From Bacillales bacterium UBA6356 (lineage in GTDB: Bacteria; Bacillota_I; Bacilli_A; RFN20; CAG-826), in NCBI GenBank assembly GCA_002440125.1, contig DJRQ01000035.1:2900-66899 (forward strand): a stretch of 64,000 nt of DNA, read 5' to 3'. Each line of letters opens with the position of its first letter. Position 1 is the first letter of the stretch. The position numbers were made by a program, and so were the translations under genes. The notes under the pieces are model-generated. The model was not told the DNA's origin and searched no databases. It was given only the letters and a program-made list of their open reading frames with translations. Positions 1-8,910 of this stretch are shown in pieces.

Positions 1-1714
1 CTTTGCCGTATTTCGTTTGCCCAATCTCCTCGCCGGCGTGGATAAAAGGAATGCCAAAAGAGAACAAGATAGCGCCCAAAACGAGTTTCGAACGCGCTAA
101 AAGCTCCTTTTCGTCGCTTATATTCTTCGTGTAATGCAAGTAATCGTAATATGTTTTGTTGTCGTGGCATTCGACGTAATTGAGGCTTTGGGAAGGCGAG
201 AGGAATCTCGGATGGCTGGTGCTTGTTTGTTCGCTGCTTCCGAGATAGCAGTAGCGAAAAGCATCGCGTTCGCTTAGATCTCCCCCGAAAAAGCGCTTAG
301 CGACCTCTCGAAAGCCATCGTTAAAAAAAGCGAAGCCAGGAAGCATTTTGGCGTTATCCATAGAAGAGAGGGCGACTTTGCTATCGCCGCCCATATTCCA
401 CCCCTCTCCATAAACCATGAAGGAGGGATCTTGGCTTTTGCCATATTCCTCGATTTTTCGAACCGTTTCGACGTCGATTAGTCCCATTAAGTCAAAACGG
501 AAACCATCGACCCCATAGAAATCAATCCACCACTTCGCCGCTTCGACAATCAGCTTTCGGACCATCGGCCTTTCGCTATAAAGGACATTCCCGCAACCGG
601 AGGCATTGGAGAGTTGGCCGTTCTCCTTTTTGCGAAAATAGAAATTCGGAACGGTTTTTTCGAAAGAGGATGTTTGCCAGTCGTAAACGTGGTTAAAGAC
701 GACGTCCATAATGAGTCGAAAACCGTTTTTATGAAGGATGTCGATCATGGCTTTCGCATCTTTGATGCGAGAGAGAGGGTCCTCTGGATGGCTGGCGTAG
801 CTGCCTTCCGGAACAAAGTATTGCGATGGGTCGTAGCCCCAGTTATAGCCCTTTTCGGGATGAAGCTCATCGACGGTTTTGAAGTCATAAATCGGTAAAA
901 GCTGAAGGTGGGTGAAGCCAAGCTCTTGAAAATATGCCAGGCCCGCTTTATGGCCCATCTTGGTGTGGCGATTTTCTTCTATTAAGCCTAAATATTTTCC
1001 TTTATGGATGATATTCGTATTTTGAGAAATCGTCAAATCCCTTACAGAACCCTCATAAATGATGGCTTCTGTATAGCTCTTTAAAGGCTTTAAGCCTTCT
1101 TTCCATTGAGGCAAAAGAAAATCATCTTCGCAAAGGACGACGCTTCTTTCGCCATTGGCCGTGCTCGCCTTGGCATAAGGATCGATCGTTTCGCGAAGAA
1201 CTTCCGAATTGACGACTTGGTAAACATATTGGGCATTCTTCCAATCGCCTTGCAAAAAAATGCTCCAAACACCATTTTCCTTCCGGGAGAGACAAAAAAG
1301 AGAAAAAACGTTCTCGTTTTGTTTTTCTATTTTTAGCGAAACGGAAGAGGCCAAAGGCGCATAAAGGGAAAAAAGCGTCCCATCCTTCTCATAAAGGGAG
1401 CCTAAAGCCTCGTTTTCGGCATCGAATTTCTCATCGAATCCCTCGAAGTCCGTCGCCTCGTCGACGCTTAATGGGACAAGGCCGTAATTGCTTTTTACAA
1501 AATAGCTATGCCCGAGTTCTAAAGGCGTTTCCAAAAGCGCCTCGGCGATGGCGTTTCCTTGGCTACTTGCAAAGCGTGTGACATTAAGGTTTGTTTCCTC
1601 GCGGTGGTCTTTTATAAGAGTGGCGTAAAACCTTTCGAAAGGAAGAGATGTCAAAAAGGCGATACGAATGAGCTTAGGAGAAACAAGTTTGGCCTCAATA
1701 AAAGTATCTTTCAT
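1..1714 (-). CDS. pulA: Type I pullulanase / GH13 debranching enzyme, 3'-truncated by window edge (start codon near 1714; stop lies left of position 1)
   Basis: Not in the ORF track because there is no in-window stop. Manual reverse-complement translation is continuous from ATG at about 1712-1714 (overlapping the acpS stop, ATGA). It contains the GH13 and pullulanase signatures YNWGYDP (about 800-850), GVDGFRFDLMG (about 470-520) and VYGEGW (about 390-410). Confidence 0.75.
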   Translation of the reverse strand, partial: MKDTFIEAKLVSPKLIRIAFLTSLPFERFYATLIKDHREETNLNVTRFASSQGNAIAEALLETPLELGHSYFVKSNYGLVPLSVDEATDFEGFDEKFDAENEALGSLYEKDGTLFSLYAPLASSVSLKIEKQNENVFSLFCLSRKENGVWSIFLQGDWKNAQYVYQVVNSEVLRETIDPYAKASTANGERSVVLCEDDFLLPQWKEGLKPLKSYTEAIIYEGSVRDLTISQNTNIIHKGKYLGLIEENRHTKMGHKAGLAYFQELGFTHLQLLPIYDFKTVDELHPEKGYNWGYDPSQYFVPEGSYASHPEDPLSRIKDAKAMIDILHKNGFRLIMDVVFNHVYDWQTSSFEKTVPNFYFRKKENGQLSNASGCGNVLYSERPMVRKLIVEAAKWWIDFYGVDGFRFDLMGLIDVETVRKIEEYGKSQDPSFMVYGEGWNMGGDSKVALSSMDNAKMLPGFAFFNDGFREVAKRFFGGDLSERDAFRYCYLGSSEQTSTSHPRFLSPSQSLNYVECHDNKTYYDYLHYTKNISDEKELLARSKLVLGAILFSFGIPFIHAGEEIGQTKYGK

Positions 1715-2037
1715 AGGTTTTCCAAAACACATACGGCGAAGGCATAATCGCCATCATGGCTAATCGAAACATTATAGGATTTGCCTTCAAAATAAAGGAC
1801 GGGTTCACCGCTATCGAGTGGCAAAATCTCGATATTCTTCATCGAAGTGAGCCTTAAACCGCTCCCTTTCGCCTTCAAGAAGGCTTCTTTGGCGGCAAAG
1901 CGGCCGCCAAGAAATTCCCTTTTATGGAAGGCTTTGTCATAAAGAGAAAGCTCTTTATCCGAAAGAATGCCTTTGGAAAGAGCCTCTTCCCTCCCGTCAA
2001 TCCTTTTCAAATAAACAATATCACAGCCGACTTTCAT
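1711..2037 (-). CDS. acpS: holo-[acyl-carrier-protein] synthase
   Basis: 108 aa. N-terminal GCDIV...R motif, and the size and residues are typical of AcpS 4'-phosphopantetheinyl transferase. Sits immediately downstream of ftsK. Confidence 0.8.
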   Translation of the reverse strand: MKVGCDIVYLKRIDGREEALSKGILSDKELSLYDKAFHKREFLGGRFAAKEAFLKAKGSGLRLTSMKNIEILPLDSGEPVLYFEGKSYNVSISHDGDYAFAVCVLENL

Positions 2038-2038
2038 A

Positions 2039-4972
2039 CTAGTTATCCTTGGCTAAGGCAACCGAACTTTTGGCATTAGGGTCGGAATGAACGAGAACCC
2101 GGAAGCCTTTGCTTGAGCCGGCTACATCGGGTGCATTGGCGACGATTCCTTCTTTTTGAAGACGGCTGATGAGTTTGCCAGCGCGTGGGAAACCAACGCC
2201 GAATTGACGTTGAATTCGCGAAATCGATGTATATTCCATTTCCATGACGCTCGATTTGACGCTTTCATAGAAGCTATCGAGGGAACGCGCAGCCGCCTCG
2301 CTTTTGCTCAAAGGCATGATCCTATCTTGGACCGTTTCCGTCACCGCTTCATGATCGACTAAATCTAAGAACATAGGGCTATAATCGGGCTCCATCTGGC
2401 TTCGAATGAAATCGCATACGGCATTTATCTCATGGCCATCGCAGAAACAGCCCTGACAACGCGTGAAACCCATTCGAGACACTTGCCCACAATCGACGAG
2501 CATATCGCCATGTCCGATAAGCTCTTCAGCGCCACCAGACCCAAGGATAGTTTGGCTATCGATTGCGCTCGACATGCTTAGAGCAACGCGAACTAAGATG
2601 TTTGCTTTGATAGTGCCTGTAATGACTGAGACGCTAGGTCTTTGCGTGGCTATGACAAGATGAATGCCCGCGGCACGCGCTTTCTGCGCTAAGCGCACAA
2701 CCGAATCGCCGACGTTTTTGCAACAGTCGCTTAAATCGGCGTATTCGTCGATGAAGACGACAATATAAGGCATTTTCGCGTAATCGCTATCGGAGACGAA
2801 CTCATTGTTCCATTCGCCGATGTCCTTAACGCCAGCCGTCTCGAAGGCTTTGTAGCGCGTCTCCATTTCCTGAATGAGCTTATCAAGGCACACTTTCGCT
2901 TCGGAAGGCTCCTTGACGATAGGGCAAAGCAAATGGGGAAGATTTTGATATTTCGCCATTTCGACACGTTTGGGATCGATGAGGACGAGCTTAACGTCCT
3001 CTGGCCTATTGCGCATGATCAAAGACATGATAAGGCCGGTTAAGAAAACGGATTTGCCACTCCCCGTGCCCCCGGCCGTTAAGAGGTGAGGAAAATCTGC
3101 TAGATTGGCAAAAATCGGAGCATTATCGATATTGACGCCAAAAGGAACGTAAAGCCCCGTGCCAGGCTTTTGAGGAAGGGCCTTAACCATTTGTTTAAGG
3201 CTTACGGTGCTCGTGTGGTCGTTAGGAATTTCCAGACCGCTCGTATTTCTGCCACGCACGATCGTCTCAAATCGAACGCCGACGCCGTTTAAACGCACCG
3301 AAATATCATTCACGTATTTTGCCAAAGAGCCAACGGAGACGCCATCTTCCGTCCGAATGTTATAACGGGTGACGCTGGGGCCGATGGTATAGTCTTCGAC
3401 ATAAGCTCCCACATGGAAGCTGCTAAAGACTTCGTTAATCGATATTTTCCGTCTTTCGCAATTGAGCTTCTCTTGTTCCGCTTCGGGGCTAGGTGGGTAA
3501 TCCTTAAGAAGATCGTAGGAAGGAAGCTTATAAGGTTTAAGCGGCTTTTTATGCGGCATGCCAAGGTTATCGAGAATCGCTTCTTTAGTGGGTTTGGCGG
3601 GAGGGGCCGTCCAATGTCCGGCCTCGCCTCCAGCTTGAACCAAAGGCGTCATGACATTTTCTTCGAGCTTCGCTTCGGGAATCGCGTTCTCGACGGGCGT
3701 CTCTTCTTTTGAACGCTCATCAATAGATGGTTCTTGAACGCTTTCAAGGGGTTCTTCTTCTCTTTCCTTTTCTTCATCTCTTCCCTTTTGTTCTTCTGGA
3801 AGCGTTTGAACATCATTCAAAGGCTTGTTTTCTTCCCCTTTCGGGCCTTCTTCGCATGGAGAAGGATCTTTCTTGACTTCTGAAGACAAGAAATTTTCGA
3901 AGGCGATAGGACTTGCGGTTTCTTTTTTCGGCTCCTCTGCCTCTTCTTCCTCTTTTCTCTCTTTAAGGGAATTCGGAACTTCTTTTGAAGAAGATTGAAC
4001 ATCCGTTTCTTCGAAAGGAGAAAAGGAACTGAAAGGCGAGTCAAGAGAAGCGTCGGAATCTAAAAGATTATGGATGGGGCTTTCTTTGGAAGCACCTTCT
4101 TCCAACATGGGCTTAACGCTCGAGCTTTGAGTCTTTTCCATTTCCATATTCGAGGTGGGATCGAAAATGGCAGCCGTCAAGCCGCTTCTTTTCTTTTCTT
4201 CGGAGCGAAAGGAAGGATTCATAGGCGTAGGGACTTCTTCAGGAATGATGGGGGAAGAAAGGCGACTTTCGAGGTTAGAAACGCTCCGAGATGGCAAAGG
4301 CTTCTCTGTGGCTTCCTCCCTTTCTTCAGGCATAAACGAAAAAGGAATGTCCTCGTATGATTCTTTTTCCTTGATCTTTTCCTTTTTCGCATCAAGGATG
4401 GCTTTTTGCGACTCTTTGATTCGCTTTTGGCGCTCGGCTTTCAAAGCGATTCTATGAGCAAGGGGGCCTAAAAAAGGATCGTAAAGGAAAAGGACAACGC
4501 CGGACAGCAGGAAAACTATCGTGCAAGCTAATGGCAAAGCCAAAGAATCCTTCCCAATGGCGCCTATCAAGGAAGTGAAAGGGACGCCCCCGGCATAGAG
4601 AATGCTATAGGCGATTTCGCTATGAGAGAGTCCTTCTTGGAAGGAGATAAAGAGAGCCGAAAGATCTTTTCCGTAGGAGAGAAAAGAGAGGGTTCCAAAA
4701 AGAAAACCAAGGCCGAAGAAAAAGAGAATCAAGCCAAAGATTTGCTTCCAAAGCAAGCGCAAGTTCTTCCCTTTAATAAGCAAAAACGCACTTAAAAGCA
4801 AAGATAAGGGAAGCAAATAATAGTATCCAGCATATCCAAAAAGCCAAATGACGCCAAAACCCAAAGGATTTAAAGAACCATATGGGGAGAGTAAAAAGAG
4901 AGTAGCGATCAAAAAAGCCATACCCCCTAAGGCTTGTTTCGTTCTTTTGATAGGAAAAAGATCGTTTTCCAT
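2039..4972 (-). CDS. ftsK: DNA translocase FtsK/SpoIIIE
   Basis: 977 aa. N-terminal polytopic membrane domain, a roughly 300-aa Pro/Glu/Ser/Lys-rich linker, a C-terminal RecA-like motor with Walker A (GGTGSGKS), and a terminal winged-helix gamma domain. Confidence 0.9.
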   Translation of the reverse strand: MENDLFPIKRTKQALGGMAFLIATLFLLSPYGSLNPLGFGVIWLFGYAGYYYLLPLSLLLSAFLLIKGKNLRLLWKQIFGLILFFFGLGFLFGTLSFLSYGKDLSALFISFQEGLSHSEIAYSILYAGGVPFTSLIGAIGKDSLALPLACTIVFLLSGVVLFLYDPFLGPLAHRIALKAERQKRIKESQKAILDAKKEKIKEKESYEDIPFSFMPEEREEATEKPLPSRSVSNLESRLSSPIIPEEVPTPMNPSFRSEEKKRSGLTAAIFDPTSNMEMEKTQSSSVKPMLEEGASKESPIHNLLDSDASLDSPFSSFSPFEETDVQSSSKEVPNSLKERKEEEEAEEPKKETASPIAFENFLSSEVKKDPSPCEEGPKGEENKPLNDVQTLPEEQKGRDEEKEREEEPLESVQEPSIDERSKEETPVENAIPEAKLEENVMTPLVQAGGEAGHWTAPPAKPTKEAILDNLGMPHKKPLKPYKLPSYDLLKDYPPSPEAEQEKLNCERRKISINEVFSSFHVGAYVEDYTIGPSVTRYNIRTEDGVSVGSLAKYVNDISVRLNGVGVRFETIVRGRNTSGLEIPNDHTSTVSLKQMVKALPQKPGTGLYVPFGVNIDNAPIFANLADFPHLLTAGGTGSGKSVFLTGLIMSLIMRNRPEDVKLVLIDPKRVEMAKYQNLPHLLCPIVKEPSEAKVCLDKLIQEMETRYKAFETAGVKDIGEWNNEFVSDSDYAKMPYIVVFIDEYADLSDCCKNVGDSVVRLAQKARAAGIHLVIATQRPSVSVITGTIKANILVRVALSMSSAIDSQTILGSGGAEELIGHGDMLVDCGQVSRMGFTRCQGCFCDGHEINAVCDFIRSQMEPDYSPMFLDLVDHEAVTETVQDRIMPLSKSEAAARSLDSFYESVKSSVMEMEYTSISRIQRQFGVGFPRAGKLISRLQKEGIVANAPDVAGSSKGFRVLVHSDPNAKSSVALAKDN

Positions 4973-4995
4973 CGATAAAATCCCCTTCGTTTTAA

Positions 4996-6672
4996 TTAGA
5001 TTTCAATAATAATAGGCAATACCATCGGTTCTTTCCCCGTTTGGCGACGGATTGAATAAACGCACTTTTCATAGACCAGTTGGCGAACCGAATTGAGATT
5101 CCAAGAGACGTTTTTGTTAATCGCATCGATCAAAGTCGAAGTGAAGACTTTCGTGATTTCGCGAAGTACCGCCTCTCCATCTTTGAGGATGAATAGACCC
5201 CGCATCTGAATATCGGGTCCAGCCACGATCGCGTGGGTTTTTTTATCGAGCGTGCAAGCAAGAATAACAACGCCTTCACTCAGTTTTTGGCGATCTTGAA
5301 GGACTTGATCCCCGACGTCTCCGACGCCCGAGCCGTCGATAAGGATATCGCCATGGGGGATCGATTCGTTTAGCACATGCCCACCCGTTTGATCAAAAAG
5401 GATGCTAAGACCGTTATCGAGCAAGAAGATATTCGTATGGTTGAGTTTGCCATGCATATTCATCGCAACTTGCGCATTCGCAAGAAGATCTTTATAGAAG
5501 CCTTTCACCGGAACGTAGTAATCGGGGTGAAGAACGCTAATCATCATCTTGAGATCTTCTTCGCTAGCATGCATCAAAAGGAACTCTTTCCGCGAAATGT
5601 TCGTCACGTGGCAACCGCTTCTAAAAAGCTCGTCCAAGGCATCGGTGGCTTCGATTTCCGTCGAATCGTCGCTTGGCGCGGCAAGAATGAAGAGGTCGCT
5701 CTCTTTTAGGCGGACATCGTGTCCATTATCGTTTTGCCCTGCGGCAAGAAGAGCGATTTTGCGATAGATCTTATCGGCGTAGCCCAAAACCAAAACAAGC
5801 ATGTCTTGCTCTCGGATGCGATTGATATCTTCGTTAGGGGCAAAATTGGCGCTCGGTATGAGAAGTTGGCCGCTTTTTTGCATATCCGAAAGGGTTTCGG
5901 CGGTATCTTTGTCATAAGGGACAATCTTTTTCCGGTTGGCGATAGCCAAAGAAATCACTTCATCGATGTTATAGGAATTCGGCGTTAAAAGAGCGATGAA
6001 GGTCCTTCCTTGGGCATCCTTGATTTTATTGGCGATAAGAGGGGAAAGCTTATAACGGGGAGCCGTATAACCGCTTTTGGAAGCGTAAAAGCTCTCGGCA
6101 AACAAGCATAATGTCTTTTCCTCTCCGAGCTTCGAAAGGGCATTCATGTCATGAAGGTAGTTCTTATCGGCATTATTCTCGATCACGAAGTCGCTGGTGA
6201 AGATGAGGTTCCCATACTCGCTTTGGAGAGCGATGCCACTTGATAGGGCCGTATTGTGGGAGGTTTGGAAAAAAGTGATAGAGCGTCCATTGACCTTGAA
6301 TGTGGAGCTAGGCGCCACCACACGAAAATCAAAAGAAGCGCAATCGACATCGACATGCCGGCAGAAATTTTGGAACATCGCAATCGTCACGGCACTTCCG
6401 TAGATAGGCGCTGGGACATCGCGATAAAGGTAAGCCAAAGCCCCCGTTTCGTCATCGTGGCCATGAGGCAATAAATAAGCCTTTACGCGCCCTTTATTCT
6501 CTTTCAAATAAGTGAAATCCGGTATGACATAATCAACGCCCGGTTGCGTTTTATCAGGACGTCTAACGCCGCAACCAACAACGAAAATGTCATTATCGAT
6601 TTCAACAACATAACAACTCTTGCCGATTTCATCCAAACCGCCAAGGGCAAAAACTCGAATTCTCTCTGCCAT
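4996..6672 (-). CDS. rnj: Ribonuclease J (metallo-beta-lactamase / beta-CASP RNase), degenerate metal-binding motif
   Basis: 558 aa. Its length and N-terminal MBL fold resemble RNase J1/J2. Motif II reads HGHDDE where HGHEDH is canonical. Confidence 0.8.
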   Translation of the reverse strand: MAERIRVFALGGLDEIGKSCYVVEIDNDIFVVGCGVRRPDKTQPGVDYVIPDFTYLKENKGRVKAYLLPHGHDDETGALAYLYRDVPAPIYGSAVTIAMFQNFCRHVDVDCASFDFRVVAPSSTFKVNGRSITFFQTSHNTALSSGIALQSEYGNLIFTSDFVIENNADKNYLHDMNALSKLGEEKTLCLFAESFYASKSGYTAPRYKLSPLIANKIKDAQGRTFIALLTPNSYNIDEVISLAIANRKKIVPYDKDTAETLSDMQKSGQLLIPSANFAPNEDINRIREQDMLVLVLGYADKIYRKIALLAAGQNDNGHDVRLKESDLFILAAPSDDSTEIEATDALDELFRSGCHVTNISRKEFLLMHASEEDLKMMISVLHPDYYVPVKGFYKDLLANAQVAMNMHGKLNHTNIFLLDNGLSILFDQTGGHVLNESIPHGDILIDGSGVGDVGDQVLQDRQKLSEGVVILACTLDKKTHAIVAGPDIQMRGLFILKDGEAVLREITKVFTSTLIDAINKNVSWNLNSVRQLVYEKCVYSIRRQTGKEPMVLPIIIEI

Positions 6673-6729
6673 ACCTACTCCTAAAACAAAATCATTATAA
6701 TTCTCTTGCTTCTATTTTTATACGGATTG

Positions 6730-6754
6730 CCGAAAAAATCTCCCTTAAGGGAGA
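6730..6754 (-). terminator. Rho-independent terminator after the phosphoesterase gene (stem tctccc/gggaga, loop ttaa, T-run on minus strand)
   Basis: Perfect 6-bp hairpin at 6739-6754 that overlaps the stop codon. It is followed on the minus strand by TTTTTTCGG. Confidence 0.45.
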
Positions 6755-7290
6755 CGCTTTTGCTTGATAGCGCTTCCATCGGATGCTCTTTTGAGAGTGC
6801 AAACTCCTTCTTCAAGAACCATATAGGTGCTTTCATGCCCCCCTTTGGGGAAACCGATGGAGCCGGGATTCAAAATAAAATATCCATGCTCTTCGTAACC
6901 CATTTCATAAATATGCGTATGCCCAAACAAAAGAATATCGCTTTTCGAAAAAGGAAGGCTTTGATAACTGGGAGGATCGCCATGAAATAGCCAAAAATCC
7001 CTATCAAAAACCCTCTCTTTTGCGTTTAAAAGGGCATTCTTTCCTAAAACCATTGAATCCACCCGAGAATCGCAATTGCCCGAAATCCAAAGCGTTTTCT
7101 CCATGAATGGCAAAAGAAGCCGAGCAACCACCATCGGCTCATAGTCCGAAGGGACGCCATTTCTCGGGCCGTTATAAAGCAAATCACCCAAAAGCCAAAT
7201 CCGATCGGGATTTTCTAAGGATAAACGGCGCACAAGCTCTTGGGCTTTCAAAGTTCTGCCGTGGATATCGCTCGCTACCAATATTTTCAT
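6745..7290 (-). CDS. YfcE/MJ0936-family metallophosphoesterase (phosphodiesterase)
   Basis: 181 aa. Calcineurin-like motifs are present: DIHG near the N-terminus, GDLL.NG, GNCD and GHTH. Confidence 0.75.
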   Translation of the reverse strand: MKILVASDIHGRTLKAQELVRRLSLENPDRIWLLGDLLYNGPRNGVPSDYEPMVVARLLLPFMEKTLWISGNCDSRVDSMVLGKNALLNAKERVFDRDFWLFHGDPPSYQSLPFSKSDILLFGHTHIYEMGYEEHGYFILNPGSIGFPKGGHESTYMVLEEGVCTLKRASDGSAIKQKRLP

Positions 7291-7652
7291 TCTTTCCTCA
7301 CCTTAATCTCCATCGTTGCAACCAAGTCGACACCTGTGTTCGCCAAATTCGTTAAAAGGATTTGACCCATTTTAATCGGCGCCGCCACAATAAGAGCATC
7401 GATATCCTTCATGGCCTCAAAAATTTTTCCTTTGGGAATTGGACGCTCGCTTTTGACGCTGCAAAGCTCCTCTTCGCCGCCTCTTACCAAAACCGTGGAG
7501 GTTACAACCCTTTCGGGCGAAAGCACCTCTTGTCGAGCGTATTTTTCCCCACGAGGACAAAAATTGCCTGTCACATGGAGTTCTTTGTCCACGCGAAGGT
7601 GGCAACCTCTGGGGCAGCAAATGCAAATAAGTTCTCTTTCTTCTTTTAACAC
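7287..7652 (-). CDS. DUF1667 domain protein (Cys-rich small subunit associated with GlpA-like oxidoreductases)
   Basis: 121 aa with paired CxxC motifs (CICCPRGC ... CPRG). Shares a 4-nt overlap with the upstream gene. Conserved partner in three-gene GlpA-like clusters. Confidence 0.65.
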   Translation of the reverse strand: MLKEERELICICCPRGCHLRVDKELHVTGNFCPRGEKYARQEVLSPERVVTSTVLVRGGEEELCSVKSERPIPKGKIFEAMKDIDALIVAAPIKMGQILLTNLANTGVDLVATMEIKVRKE

Positions 7653-7653
7653 G

Positions 7654-8910
7654 CTAGATCCTCTTTTCTTCGATTGAAAGAACGAAACAAGGTGCCTCTT
7701 GCTCGAAAAACGATCGAGGAAGGGCCACTATTTCCATTTCACTCGGAATCAAGAAAGGCTTAAAAATCCTTTTGATTTCCTTTTCGCCATTCTTCAAGAC
7801 GATGAAAACGTTTTTCAAGGGTTTCCGAACGCGGAATTTCAGTGAAACCTTCTCCTCTTGGAGAGGGTAGGAAATAAAAGAAGGAACGACGTACCCAATG
7901 GATCCTTGGTTAAGGACGGGAACGCGTTTTTCTTCTTTTTCGAGTAACCCGCGAATATATCTTGATGCCTCTTTTCCCGCACTTCTTGCCTCCGAAACGA
8001 CATTATCGGCTAGATCGTGAACATGAAGGACGTTGCCAGCGCTAAATATGCCAGGGATCGTCGTTTCGTAAAGGTCATTGACCAAGGCGCCGCGTGAGGA
8101 TCCCCTTAAGGCCCCGGCCTTCTCGAGAAGGCTGTTGTTAGGAATAAGACCGACGCTAAGAACCAAAGTATCGCATTCGATTCTCTTTTGGCTGCCTGGT
8201 ATAGGATTCAAGGAAGCGTCCACCGAAGAAAGTTCTATTGCTTCCAAGCGGTCTTTGCCGAAAACCCGCGTCACTGTCGTCGATAAATAAAGAGGGATAT
8301 CAAAATCTTCAAGACATTGGACGATATTGCGGTTAAGACCATTGCTCCAAGCGCAAAGCTCGGCTACGCCAAGAACTTCTGCCCCTTCTAAAGTCAAGCG
8401 ACGAGCCATAATAAGTCCGATATCCCCACTTCCAAGTATGAATACCTTTTTGCCAGGCATATAGCCATAGCGATTCAAAAGAAGTTGGGCGACGCCAGCG
8501 GAAATAACGCCACTTGGGCGATCGCCTGGCAAGGCTATGGAACCAGCGCTCCTTTCAAAACAACCGGCCGCGAAAAGTATTGCCTTGGCTTGGAGTTCAA
8601 AATAGCCCTCTTCATTCGAATATCGAACGATTTTATCCTTCGTTATCTCGGATACATAAGTGTTGCAAAGATAAGGAATATGGCGTTTTTCAACTTCCTT
8701 GACGAAGCGATAGGCGAATTCCGGACCCGTGAGCTCTTCTTTGAATTCGCCTAAGCCGAATCCATTATGGATGCATTGATTCAAAATGCCGCCTAGCTCG
8801 CTATTCCTCTCAAGAATCAGGATGTCCTTAATGCCTTCATCGAAGGCGCTAATTGCGCCAGATAAGCCAGCGCATCCGCCGCCGACTATTACCAAATCGA
8901 CCTTTCTCAT
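7654..8910 (-). CDS. NAD(P)/FAD-dependent oxidoreductase (pyridine nucleotide-disulfide oxidoreductase family), middle gene of GlpA-like cluster
   Basis: 418 aa. N-terminal dinucleotide-binding motif VIVGGGCAG, and a second Rossmann motif ILGSGDIG. Confidence 0.75.
   Translation of the reverse strand: MRKVDLVIVGGGCAGLSGAISAFDEGIKDILILERNSELGGILNQCIHNGFGLGEFKEELTGPEFAYRFVKEVEKRHIPYLCNTYVSEITKDKIVRYSNEEGYFELQAKAILFAAGCFERSAGSIALPGDRPSGVISAGVAQLLLNRYGYMPGKKVFILGSGDIGLIMARRLTLEGAEVLGVAELCAWSNGLNRNIVQCLEDFDIPLYLSTTVTRVFGKDRLEAIELSSVDASLNPIPGSQKRIECDTLVLSVGLIPNNSLLEKAGALRGSSRGALVNDLYETTIPGIFSAGNVLHVHDLADNVVSEARSAGKEASRYIRGLLEKEEKRVPVLNQGSIGYVVPSFISYPLQEEKVSLKFRVRKPLKNVFIVLKNGEKEIKRIFKPFLIPSEMEIVALPRSFFEQEAPCFVLSIEEKRI

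Noticed and set aside
3300-4460. Low-complexity Pro/Glu/Ser/Lys-rich region inside the 2039-4972 ORF, with many overlapping antisense track ORFs (for example 3413-3712, 3817-4044, 4070-4457)
   Set aside because: This is the expected disordered linker of FtsK between its membrane domain and motor. The antisense ORFs are by-products of the biased composition.
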